Below, piece after piece: positions 37,783 through 46,834 of a stretch of 64,000 nucleotides of DNA. A model generated the notes under the pieces. The model was given only the letters and a program-made list of their open reading frames with translations, was not told the DNA's origin and ran no database searches. The stretch covers positions 1,439,166-1,503,165 of the forward strand of contig OY970242.1 in NCBI GenBank assembly GCA_963715505.1, read 5' to 3'. Numbering within the stretch: the first letter of the stretch is position 1; the number at the start of each line of letters is the position of its first letter. Made by a program: the position numbers and the translations under genes. Source of the DNA: an uncultured Microthrixaceae bacterium (lineage in GTDB: Bacteria; Actinomycetota; Acidimicrobiia; Acidimicrobiales; VFJN01).

Positions 37783-39638
37783 TCCACGCTCGTACCGGGA
37801 GCCGCCACGAACACGGCGGTCGGGACCCCGAGCTGGAGCATCTTCGCCATCCGCAGCTGCGTCGCGAACGGCACCCGCACGTCGATCGACGCCGTGAAGA
37901 GGTTCTCGTCGAGGTGCGGGACCAGCTCGGCCAGGCCGGCGGCCTCGAGGTCGTCGACCACCCGGGTGCGCAGCAGCGCGAGCTCGGCGTCGTCGGCCGC
38001 CGAGCGGGGATCGACCCGCGCCACCTCGACGGCGCCGGGCAGAGCCCGCCAGGCGTCGATGGCGGCCTCGCCGGTGACGAGCACCACCCGCGCGGTGGCC
38101 TCGGCGTCGGTGAGGGTCCGCTGCGGGGTGGCCGGCACCCGGTAGAGCGGCGCGGCCCCGACGTCGAAGCCGCGGCGCTCGAGCTCGCTGAGCAGCCCAT
38201 AGCCCTGGGAGCCGATGTGGGTGCTGTCGTCCCAGACGACGAGGTAGCGGCCGGCGTCCCCGTCGGCCGCCCCGGTGCCGGCCTCGAGGGCTGCCGCCGT
38301 CGGTGCCACGAGCGGGGCGAGGACGGCAGAGAGCTCGTGGTCGGAGCGGGACGCGCCGGGCGCGTCGAGCGCCAGGCGGGCCGAGGCCGCGACGGCGACG
38401 GCGGCCAGGCACACCGCACCGATCCGACCGGCCCGGCGCGCCCGGTCCGGTGGCAGCGCGCGGCTCGCCCAGGTCGCCGCCGTCGAGATGGTGGCGAGCA
38501 CCATCAGCGCGGCGACGCCCCAGATCCACAGCATCAGGTAGAACCACATGAACCCGAAGATGCGGCTCACCGCCAGCACCGCGAGCAGGAGCGCCACGGC
38601 GACGACGGCGTGGAGGAGCAGCAGGCGCCGGTCGCGCAGCCAGACCGCGCCGGCCACGGCCAGCACCCAGACGGCGAGCACCGCCTGGCCGCGCCCGGGG
38701 CTGGCGGGGCGGTCCAGCGATCCGGGCACGAGCACCCCCGGCTCCGCCGACCCGTCGGTGACGACGTGGACGACGTCGAGGCGCCGGCTCACCTCGGTGA
38801 CGGCCTCGGCGACGCCGGCCGGGACCTCGCCCTCGGGCGGGGTGACGAGGTGCTCCACGATCATCCGGTAGTTGCCCGGGTCGTTGGTGAGCTGGTCGAT
38901 CGTCGGTGGCGCCCACAGGACGACCCCGACGACGGCGGCCAGGGCGCCCCACCGCAGCGCCCGGCGCCGCGTCGCGGCAGCGGGCGCGGAGCGCACGGCG
39001 ACCAGCCAGGCGAGCGCGGCGAGGGCCCCGAGCCCGAGGCACAGCGCGAGGTAGGGGACGTGCGTCTGGGCGCAGAACGAGGCGGCAGCCACGGCGACGG
39101 GCAGCATGAGCAGGTCGCCGCAGGCCACCGACCACACGGCGAGCAGCACCACGATCCACCACAGCAGCGGCAGGTAGGGGTTCCACGGCTCGCTGAGTGC
39201 GGTCACGCCGTAGCCGAGGCTCAGCACGGCGAGCATCGCAGCGGTGCCCAGCGCCAGCGTGCGCCCGCCGCGCCGGGCGGCGATGGCGAGCGCTGCCGCG
39301 ATGGCGCCGACGTGCAGCACCACGGCGGCCACCACCATCGACCACGCCGACGAGCCGAGCAGCCGGTAGGTCGGCGCCAGGAGGTAGAAGCTGAGCGGAC
39401 CAGGGTGGCTCCCCTGACGCTCGAAGGTGCCGATCCGCCCCGGCAGACCGACGAGGGGCGTGTCGGCGCCGCCGACGTCGCGCAGGCGAAGCTCGGTCAT
39501 CGCCAGGTCGAGGACCGGCATCCAGACGGGCCGGCGCATCGTCACGGCGGCGACGACGAGGGGCAGCGCGACGACGGCGAGGAGGCCGGCCAGGAGCGGC
39601 CGGGGCGCTCCCTGGCGTGCTGCGGTCAGCGCAGCCAC
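37779..39638 (-). CDS. polytopic membrane protein B (619 aa), putative GT-C-type glycosyltransferase
   Basis: GTG at 39636-39638 (13-nt overlap with the upstream gene). Motifs SHPGPLSFYLLAPTYR, EPWNPYLPLLWW and AQTHVPYLAL align with protein A. Confidence 0.8.
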   Translation of the reverse strand: MAALTAARQGAPRPLLAGLLAVVALPLVVAAVTMRRPVWMPVLDLAMTELRLRDVGGADTPLVGLPGRIGTFERQGSHPGPLSFYLLAPTYRLLGSSAWSMVVAAVVLHVGAIAAALAIAARRGGRTLALGTAAMLAVLSLGYGVTALSEPWNPYLPLLWWIVVLLAVWSVACGDLLMLPVAVAAASFCAQTHVPYLALCLGLGALAALAWLVAVRSAPAAATRRRALRWGALAAVVGVVLWAPPTIDQLTNDPGNYRMIVEHLVTPPEGEVPAGVAEAVTEVSRRLDVVHVVTDGSAEPGVLVPGSLDRPASPGRGQAVLAVWVLAVAGAVWLRDRRLLLLHAVVAVALLLAVLAVSRIFGFMWFYLMLWIWGVAALMVLATISTAATWASRALPPDRARRAGRIGAVCLAAVAVAASARLALDAPGASRSDHELSAVLAPLVAPTAAALEAGTGAADGDAGRYLVVWDDSTHIGSQGYGLLSELERRGFDVGAAPLYRVPATPQRTLTDAEATARVVLVTGEAAIDAWRALPGAVEVARVDPRSAADDAELALLRTRVVDDLEAAGLAELVPHLDENLFTASIDVRVPFATQLRMAKMLQLGVPTAVFVAAPGTSVE

Positions 39639-40645
39639 TTCAACGCCTTGAGCAGGCCGAGCTTGACCGGCGACTGGTGCTGCGAGCGACCCTCGCCGCT
39701 GAGCTCGTCGCGGTGCTGCAGGAACCACTCGTAGGACTCGATCACCATCGAGGCGTTGCTGTGCCGCGGTGCCCAGCCGAGCTCCTCCTGCGCCCTGGTC
39801 GTGTCGAACCACAGCGACTCGCCGTAGAGCAGCCAGTGGTACGGGGCGAAGGGGCCGAGGCCCGCGGCAGACAGCGCGCGCATCGCCAGGCGCGCCGGGG
39901 CCATCGGCACCGACCGCACGCGCGACCCCGTGGCCGCCGCCCGGCACAGCTCCTCGAGCGTGTCGCGCATCGTGCCGAACTCGGCGGCGCCGATGTTGTA
40001 GTCGGCGGGACCGGCGCGGCCGCCCGCCGCCAGGCAGGCGGTGGCGAGGTCGTCGGCGTGGACGAGCTGGTAGCGGTTCGCTCCCCCGTCGAACACGAAG
40101 ACCGCTGCGCCCTCGGCCACGAGCTCGAAGAGGATCGCCATGAGGCCCAGCCGCCCGTGGCCGAGGATCGTGCGCGGGCGAACGATCGAGACGTCGAGTC
40201 CGTCGTCGACGGCGCGGCGGCACAGGGCCTCCGCCTCGAGCTTGGCCCGGCCGTAGGCCTCGAGCGGTCGAGGTGGGGTCCGCTCGTCGACCGGGTTGGC
40301 GTCGGGGATCCCGTAGACGGCGCTCGTGGAGGTGTGGACGACCTTGCCCACACCGGCGTCGCGGGCGGCGAGGAGGACGTTGGCCGTGCCGACGACGTTC
40401 ACCGACCAGAAGAGGTGGCGGTCCTTGGCGAGGGGCACCTGCGCCACGTTGTGCAGCACGACGTCGACGCCCTCGCTGGCGGCGCGCACGGCCGCGAGGT
40501 CGCGCACGTCGGCCTGGATCGTCTCGGCGCCGGCCGGGCCGGGGTTGAGGTCGAGCACCCGCACCACGTCGCCGCGGGCGAGCGCCCGCTCGACGAGGAT
40601 CGAGCCGAAGTAGCCGCTGCCGCCGGTGACGAGGACGGTGCTCAC
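39626..40645 (-). CDS. NAD-dependent epimerase/dehydratase (extended SDR), paralogue 2
   Basis: Its GTG at 40643-40645 overlaps the upstream TGA. VTGGSGYFG (GxxGxxG) and YGRAKLEAE (YxxxK). Confidence 0.85.
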   Translation of the reverse strand: MSTVLVTGGSGYFGSILVERALARGDVVRVLDLNPGPAGAETIQADVRDLAAVRAASEGVDVVLHNVAQVPLAKDRHLFWSVNVVGTANVLLAARDAGVGKVVHTSTSAVYGIPDANPVDERTPPRPLEAYGRAKLEAEALCRRAVDDGLDVSIVRPRTILGHGRLGLMAILFELVAEGAAVFVFDGGANRYQLVHADDLATACLAAGGRAGPADYNIGAAEFGTMRDTLEELCRAAATGSRVRSVPMAPARLAMRALSAAGLGPFAPYHWLLYGESLWFDTTRAQEELGWAPRHSNASMVIESYEWFLQHRDELSGEGRSQHQSPVKLGLLKALKWLR

Positions 40646-41694
40646 AGCGGCCGGCCGTTGGCGAGGCACCAGCGGATGCTGGCTCGCATCCCCTCGAGCA
40701 GCCCGGTGGCTGGCCGGTAGCCGATCTCCTCGCTGGCGCGGGCGGTGTCGCAGGCGATGGTCTCCTTCAGCTCGCCCAGCACGTGGGCCGCCTGCACGTA
40801 GCGACCGATGCGCTGGGTGGCGCGGTCGACCACCTCCGCGGCACGTCCCACCGCCCGCGGGATGCGGGGCTGACCTCCCGAGACCGCCAGCCCCTCGTCA
40901 CGCAGTGCGCGGCGCACCGTGGTGAGGACCTCCGCCATGGTGTAGGGCTCGGGATCGGCGATCCAGTACGCCCGGCCAGGCCGGGCAGCGGCCTCGGCCC
41001 GGAGGATGCCGTGCACGAGGTTGCCCGTGTACACCATCGACCGGCGGTTGCTGCCGTCGCCGACCAGCGGGAAGCGGCCACGGCGGACGGCACGCAGCCA
41101 GGCGGTCTGCCGGTCGGGCTGCTGGGGTCCGTAGAACCACGGTGGGCGCACCACCACGGCGTCGACGTCGCCGCGCGCCGCGGCGGCCAGGACGAGCTGC
41201 TCGGCCTCGAGCTTCGAGGCGCCGTAGGCCAGGTAGGGCCGGTAGGCGCTGTCCTCGTCGAAGCGGTCGTCAGGGTGGTCGTTGACGCCGAACGGGGAGT
41301 TCGACGACACGTGCACGAGCCGCCCGGCGCCGTGTCGCCGGGCGCGGTCGAGGACCAGCGCCGTGCCGCCGACGTTGACGTCGTAGAGCAGGCGCGTCCG
41401 TCCGCCCGGGTGGATGACCGCCGCCGCGTGCACGACGGTCGAGCCCGGGGCGCACCCCGCGAAGAGGCGGTCGAGCGCCGCCGGGTCGCGCACGTCGCCC
41501 ACCACGGGGTCGACGGCGCGCCCGGCGAGGGCGACGAGGGCCGCCTCCTCGGCGGTCTGCACCAGGACGCGCACGTGCTCGCGCTCGCCCGCCGTGGCGT
41601 CGAGGAGGTTGCGCCCCAGCCAGCCCGCCGCGCCCGTGACGACGAGGGTGGGCGAGGCCGGTCGGTCGGTGGCGATGGGCGGGTGGTCGGTCAT
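40642..41694 (-). CDS. NAD-dependent epimerase/dehydratase (extended SDR), paralogue 1
   Basis: Its ATG at 41692-41694 overlaps the upstream TGA (ATGA). VTGAAGWLG and YGASKLEAE. Confidence 0.85.
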   Translation of the reverse strand: MTDHPPIATDRPASPTLVVTGAAGWLGRNLLDATAGEREHVRVLVQTAEEAALVALAGRAVDPVVGDVRDPAALDRLFAGCAPGSTVVHAAAVIHPGGRTRLLYDVNVGGTALVLDRARRHGAGRLVHVSSNSPFGVNDHPDDRFDEDSAYRPYLAYGASKLEAEQLVLAAAARGDVDAVVVRPPWFYGPQQPDRQTAWLRAVRRGRFPLVGDGSNRRSMVYTGNLVHGILRAEAAARPGRAYWIADPEPYTMAEVLTTVRRALRDEGLAVSGGQPRIPRAVGRAAEVVDRATQRIGRYVQAAHVLGELKETIACDTARASEEIGYRPATGLLEGMRASIRWCLANGRPL

Positions 41695-43115
41695 GACGTG
41701 GCGAGGAGGTGGTCGGCGTTGCGCGCTGCGACGGTCATGACGGCGGCCTGCGGGTTGACGCCCGGGGCCTCGGGGAGCAGCGATGCGTCGGCCACGCGCA
41801 GGTTGGCGATCCCGTGGACGACGCCGAAGCTGTCCGCCGACGAGCGCGAGCGGTCTTCCCCCATCCGCACCGATGACGTCAGGTGGACGGTCATCAGGTT
41901 GGCCCGGCGCCGGTCGAGGGCCCCCCACCAGCTGTGCAGGTCGGCGATGCAGCGCGCCGTCGCCGCACCGGTCAGGGAGGGGTGCAGCTCGGTGGCGCCC
42001 GCGGCCAGCAGGGCTTCGCCCAGGTGCACCAGGCCCCTGGCGAGGCGGCTCAGGTCGCCGTCGGTGAGCCGGTAGGTCACCAAGGGCGCCGCCAGGCCCG
42101 GCAGGGCGCGGACGGTGCCGCCCGCGTCGCTGCGGATCGCCGCGTAGTACACGAAGCGGTGCCGCCAGTCGCTCATCGCCGCCTCGACGTCGGCGCCCGC
42201 GTCGGCCAGCGCCAGCCCGAGGTGGCCTGGCCGGCTGGCCGAACCGCCGATGGCGATGGAGGGGGCGAACTCGGTGATGCGCTGCATCGGGACGTCGTCG
42301 TGGTCGAGGACCTCGTCGAAGCGGGCCACCACCTTCACCGTGGGGTGGACCTTGAGGCCCCGCCCGACCCCGCCGCGGATGCCGCTGCGCTGCAGCAGCG
42401 CCGGGGTCTGGATGGCGCCGCCGCAGACGACGACCTGCTCGGCGCACACCGTGAGGGGCTCCTGGCTGCCGTCGGGTCGGGTGCGGCGGACCTCGACGGC
42501 GCGGACGCGGCCCCGGTGGGTTCGCAGGCGCACGGCCCGCCAGCCCGCCTCCACCGTGGCACCGTGGGCCACGGCACGCGGCAGCACGCTGCGCGACATG
42601 GTCTGCTTGGTGCCCCGCCCGCGGTCGTCGTAGCGGAAGGCGCGCGGGAACTCCTCGGAGCGCCACCCGAGGGCGGCCGCTCCCCGGGCCAGCACCGCCG
42701 AGGACGGTGGCACCTCGCCCGGGACGGTGCCCACCCCGAGCCACGACTCCACTCGCGCGGCGTAGCGGTCGAGCAGCTCGGGACCCAGCTCCACGATGTC
42801 GTGGTGGTGGCGCCAGCGCTCCGCCAGGTGGTGCGGGAGGCGATGCCACAGGCCGCTGTTGACCTCGGTGCTGCCCCCGACGCAGCGCCCCTCGGCGTAG
42901 GCGATCGGCGGCGAGCCCAGTGCCGCCGAGGAGCCGTGGTGGCGGTAGCTGCTGGCCAGCTCGTCCAGCGAGAACGGCTCCACCGCGCCTGGCTCGACCC
43001 GCGGCCCCTCCTCCAGGACCAGCACGCCGCGGCCCGCCTCGGCGAGCACGGCAGCGGTGGTGGCCCCACCCGCGCCCGAGCCGATCACCGCCACGTCGAC
43101 GTCGATGGCGGTCAC
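41691..43115 (-). CDS. GMC-family FAD oxidoreductase
   Basis: Its GTG at 43113-43115 overlaps the upstream TGA. DVAVIGSGAGG, and C-terminal MTVHLTSSVRMG...NLRVADASLLPEAPGVNPQAAVMTVAARNA, typical of GMC_oxred_C. Confidence 0.85.
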   Translation of the reverse strand: MTAIDVDVAVIGSGAGGATTAAVLAEAGRGVLVLEEGPRVEPGAVEPFSLDELASSYRHHGSSAALGSPPIAYAEGRCVGGSTEVNSGLWHRLPHHLAERWRHHHDIVELGPELLDRYAARVESWLGVGTVPGEVPPSSAVLARGAAALGWRSEEFPRAFRYDDRGRGTKQTMSRSVLPRAVAHGATVEAGWRAVRLRTHRGRVRAVEVRRTRPDGSQEPLTVCAEQVVVCGGAIQTPALLQRSGIRGGVGRGLKVHPTVKVVARFDEVLDHDDVPMQRITEFAPSIAIGGSASRPGHLGLALADAGADVEAAMSDWRHRFVYYAAIRSDAGGTVRALPGLAAPLVTYRLTDGDLSRLARGLVHLGEALLAAGATELHPSLTGAATARCIADLHSWWGALDRRRANLMTVHLTSSVRMGEDRSRSSADSFGVVHGIANLRVADASLLPEAPGVNPQAAVMTVAARNADHLLATS

Positions 43116-43459
43116 CCGCCGCGAGGTCCGCTGCCGAGCTCGAGGTCGCCGAAGAGCACGAGCGAGCGCAGGAGCCGGAGGTGCTGTCGGACGGGCGGCA
43201 GCGGGCTGGCCGCCAGGGCGTCGACCAGGGCCTGGCCACGCCGGCCGGCGAGGCGCGCCCAGCCGCCCAGCACGAGCGAGCCGGCGGCCACGCCGGCGCG
43301 GAGGATCTCGGGCATGGCCTGCAGCGTGGCGTCGACCCAGGCCACGACGTCGGCCCGTCGGGCGGGATCGGTCGTGGTCGACAGGGCCTCCACCACCTCG
43401 CGTTCGAATCGCAGCACGGCCGGCAACCCTACTTGTGGTGCCGGGCGGGACCGCTGCAC
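43112..43459 (-). CDS. 115-aa hypothetical protein translationally coupled to the GMC oxidoreductase
   Basis: GTG at 43457-43459, 7 nt after the UbiA stop. Helical-looking, non-shadow composition. Its stop overlaps the GMC start. Confidence 0.55.
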   Translation of the reverse strand: MQRSRPAPQVGLPAVLRFEREVVEALSTTTDPARRADVVAWVDATLQAMPEILRAGVAAGSLVLGGWARLAGRRGQALVDALAASPLPPVRQHLRLLRSLVLFGDLELGSGPRGG

Positions 43460-43466
43460 CGAGCGG

Positions 43467-44405
43467 TCAGCCGGCCAGCGGTGGCGCCCCCGCCACGTAG
43501 ACCCCCGCGGCGAGGCACCCCGCCCAGATCATGGCGATGACCTGGAGCGGCCGGTCGCCGAGCACGATGTCCTCGGGGCCCGCCAGCTCGGTCGAGTCGT
43601 GCACGAGCACGTAGCGCAGGACGACCGCGGTGAAGGGAACGATCGACACCTCGAACCACGGGAACCAGCTGTCGGCGACCGAGGCCTTCTCGAAGGCCCA
43701 GAGGCAGTAGGCGAGCAAGGTGACGCCGGCCGCGACGGACCGCACGAGCAGCAGGAACGACGGCGAGTAGACGTCGAGCGTCCGGCGGTGCGCCGCGGCG
43801 CCGGCACCGAGCTGCAGCTCCGAGGCGCGCTTGCCCGCCACGAGGAACAGCGAACCGAACGACGCCACGATCAGGTACCAGTCCGACAGCGGGATGTCGG
43901 TGCCGACCACGCCCGCCACCGCGCGCAGCACGAAGCCCGCCGCCACGACCAGGATGTCGACCACCGCGACGTGCTTCAGCCAGTGGGTGTAGGCGGTGGT
44001 GAGGCCCACGTACCCGACCAGCACCAGCACCGTGGCGACCGAGCCGGTGAGCGCGGCGCCGAGCACCGCTGCGGCCAGGAGGCCGGCGCCCAGCAGCCTC
44101 GCGGTGACGGGGGCGACCTCGCCGGCGGCGACCGGCCGCCGGCGCTTCGTCGGGTGGTGGCGGTCGGCATCGGCGTCGGCGGCGTCGTTGAGGCAGTACG
44201 TGCCGGCGGCCGCCAGGCAGAAGGCGACGAACACCAGCGAGGCGCGCAGCAGGTGCTCGGACTCGTCGAGCACGCCGGCGGCGGCCGGCCCCGCGAACAC
44301 CAGCACGTTCTTGGTCCACTGGCGGGGGCGCACGAGGCGCAGCAGCGGTGGCAGCTCGGCCTGCACGCCGACGTCAGGTTGCACCGGGCGATCGTAGGCC
44401 ACCAC
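43467..44405 (-). CDS. UbiA-family polyprenyl-phosphate phosphoribosyltransferase (decaprenyl-phosphate 5-phosphoribosyltransferase type)
   Basis: GTG at 44403-44405 (or 44400-44402), preceded by GGAAGGG. LRLVRPRQWTKNVLVF, the Asp-rich motif NDAADADADRHHPTK and 8-9 TM segments. Confidence 0.85.
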   Translation of the reverse strand: MVAYDRPVQPDVGVQAELPPLLRLVRPRQWTKNVLVFAGPAAAGVLDESEHLLRASLVFVAFCLAAAGTYCLNDAADADADRHHPTKRRRPVAAGEVAPVTARLLGAGLLAAAVLGAALTGSVATVLVLVGYVGLTTAYTHWLKHVAVVDILVVAAGFVLRAVAGVVGTDIPLSDWYLIVASFGSLFLVAGKRASELQLGAGAAAHRRTLDVYSPSFLLLVRSVAAGVTLLAYCLWAFEKASVADSWFPWFEVSIVPFTAVVLRYVLVHDSTELAGPEDIVLGDRPLQVIAMIWAGCLAAGVYVAGAPPLAG

Positions 44406-44420
44406 TACCCTTCCGCCTCG

Positions 44421-46069
44421 ATGCCTCCCAGCCCCGGCGCGACGCGGCGCCTCGCGCTCCCCCTCGCCGTCGTGGCGGCCGTCATGGCCTTGCCGGCGTG
44501 GGGTCTGTGGACCAACCCGGGCCCGCCGATGGAAGAGGGCTTCATGCTCGTCTTCCCCGAGCGCGTCCTCGCCGGCGACGTGCCCAACCGAGACTTCCTG
44601 CACCTCTACGGCCCGGGCAGCCTCTGGGTGCTCGCCGCGGCCTACTGGGCGTTCGGCACCTCGCTGGCGGTGCAGCGCATCGTCGGCATCCTCCAGATCG
44701 TCGGCCTGGTGGCGGCCATCGGCGCCCTGCTGCGCCCGTGGGGCCGCGCGGCGGCGGTGAGCGGCGCCGTCACGGCGACGCTCGTCATCATCACGCCGAC
44801 GGGGTTCACCGCCATGGCCTGGGTCGGCGGCGTCGCGCTGGGCCTGTGGTCGGTCTGGGCGGGCGTGGAGGCCGTCGAGGCGCCCGCCGGCTCCGCCCGG
44901 CGCCGGCGGCTGGCGCTGGCGTGCGGCGCTCTGGCGGGGCTGGCCCTGCTCTACCGCCTCGATCTCGTCGTGGCCGTCGGCCTCGCCCTCGTCCTGGTGC
45001 TGCGGTCGCTCGACGGCCCGGCACGCCGGCGGCTCCTGGTCGGCGCGGTGGCGGGCGCCAGCCCCTACCTCGTGCACCTCGCCACCGCCGGCGTCGGTGC
45101 CGTCGCGCGCGGGATGGTCCTCGAGCCCGTGTTCGACCTCCGCGGGGGCGCGCCCTGCCGCTGCCACCATCCACCACCGGCTTCGACGGGTTCCTCCAGC
45201 GTGCCTGGCTCCTGCCGGAGGTGCGCCCGCCCTACCCGCTCCCCGCGCCCAGCGGCCCCGTGCAGATGAACCTCTGGGTGGCGCTCCTGCTCCTCGCCAC
45301 CGTGGCGCTGGTCGCCGCCGGCGTCGTCGCCGCCCGCCGCGGCCAGGGCCGGCTGCTCGTGATGGCGGCCTTCGCCGCCGGCCTGCTCCCCCAGGCCCTG
45401 CAGCGCGCCGACTCGACGCACCTCGCCTGGGTGAGCTGCGTGACCCTCGGCCTGGCGCCCGCCGCGCTCATCGAGCTGACCGGAGGTCTCCGCGGCACGC
45501 ACCTCGGTCGTCGCCGCGCCCTGGCCGCGCTGGCCGCGCCCCTGGCCCTCCTGGTGGCCGTCCCGTTCTTCACGTACCGCAGCTACGGGGAGGCGGTCGC
45601 CCAGACCTTCGGGGAGCGCCGCCGGTCCTTCGAGATGTCCTACCAGGGGCGCCGCTTCCTCTACGGCCGCGAGGACGCAGCCCAGGCCGTCAACGAGCTG
45701 CTCCCGCTGGTCGATGCGCTGACCGAGCCCGGTGACCGGCTCTTCGTCGGTCCCGTCGACCTCCGCCAGACCCCCTACAGCGAGGCGTACCTCTACCACC
45801 TGCTGCCCGACCTCGTCCCCGCCACCCGCTACATCGAGATGGACCCCGGCGTCGCCAACACGCCGGAGTCGGGTCTGGCCGAGGAGCTGGCGGCGGCCGA
45901 CGTGGCGGTGCTGTCGAGCATCCGGGCCGACTGGGAGGAGCCCAACGACTCGCGACGATTCGGCCCCGACGCGCCCAACCGGGTCCTCGCCGAGCAGTTC
46001 TGCCTGGTCGCCGCCTACGGGGAGGGCCCCGCAGGGCGCGGCCTCTTCGAGGTCCACGCCCGCTGCTGA
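44421..46069 (+). pseudogene. large integral membrane protein (putative GT-C glycosyltransferase), one frameshift near 45147
   Basis: ATG at 44421, MPPSPGATRRLALPLAVVAAV...NRDFLHLYGPGSLW...VFDLRGG. The reading continues in the ORF 44348..46069 frame as RALPLPPSTTGFDGFLQRAWLL...FEVHARC*. Confidence 0.75.
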
Positions 46070-46099
46070 TCGCGGCTGGCGGCGCGGACGACCGGTAGC

Positions 46100-46834
46100 G
46101 TGCTGGCGATGCGCGCCCTCGTGGTCCTGCCGACGTACGACGAGGCCGAGAACATCACCGAGGCGCTCCGGCGGGTGCGAGCCGCGGCGCCGCAGCTCGA
46201 CGTGCTCGTGGTCGACGACAACAGCCCCGACGGCACCGCCAAGCTGGCCATGGCCGCCGCCGAGGAGCTGGGCCAGATCGACGTCCTCGTGCGCGACCGC
46301 AAGGAGGGCCTCGGCAACGCCTACCGGCACGGCTTCGAGGTCGGGATGGAGCGCGGCTACGACGTGCTGCTGCAGATGGACGCCGACCTGTCGCACGATG
46401 CGGCGTCCCTGCCCGACCTGCTGCGCGCGCTCGACGAGGGCGCCGAGGCGACGATCGGGTCGCGGTACGTGCCGGGAGGGTCGATCCCCCACTGGCCCTG
46501 GTATCGGCGGGCGCTCTCGCGCTACGGCAACCGCTACGCCTGCCTCGTGCTCGGGATGGACGTGCACGACGCCACTTCCGGCTTCCGGGCCTACCGCGTG
46601 GAAGCGCTGGAGTCGATCGACGTGCTGACCACGCGCGCCAAGGGCTACGGCTTCCAGATCGAGACCGCCTACCGCGTGGCGCGAGCCGGCCGGAAGCTCG
46701 CCGAGGTGCCGATCAGCTTCACCGACCGCGTGCGCGGCTACTCGAAGATGTCGGTGAGCGTCATGGCCGAGGAGCTGCTGCTCGTCACGTGGTGGGGGTT
46801 CCGCGACCGGGTGCTGCGCCGGGCGCGTCGCTGA
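46100..46834 (+). CDS. polyprenol-phosphate mannose synthase-like GT2 (Ppm1/DPM1 type)
   Basis: VVLPTYDEAENI, VVDDNSPDGT, QMDADLSHD and GFRAYR. Start is GTG 46100 or ATG 46109. Confidence 0.85.
   Translation: MLAMRALVVLPTYDEAENITEALRRVRAAAPQLDVLVVDDNSPDGTAKLAMAAAEELGQIDVLVRDRKEGLGNAYRHGFEVGMERGYDVLLQMDADLSHDAASLPDLLRALDEGAEATIGSRYVPGGSIPHWPWYRRALSRYGNRYACLVLGMDVHDATSGFRAYRVEALESIDVLTTRAKGYGFQIETAYRVARAGRKLAEVPISFTDRVRGYSKMSVSVMAEELLLVTWWGFRDRVLRRARR

Noticed and set aside
46785-46834. 50-nt convergent overlap of the Ppm1-like and methyltransferase 3' ends as a possible antisense regulatory arrangement
   Set aside because: Both tails are low-complexity extensions up to the first available stop codon, which is common in high-GC genomes. 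There is no additional signal.
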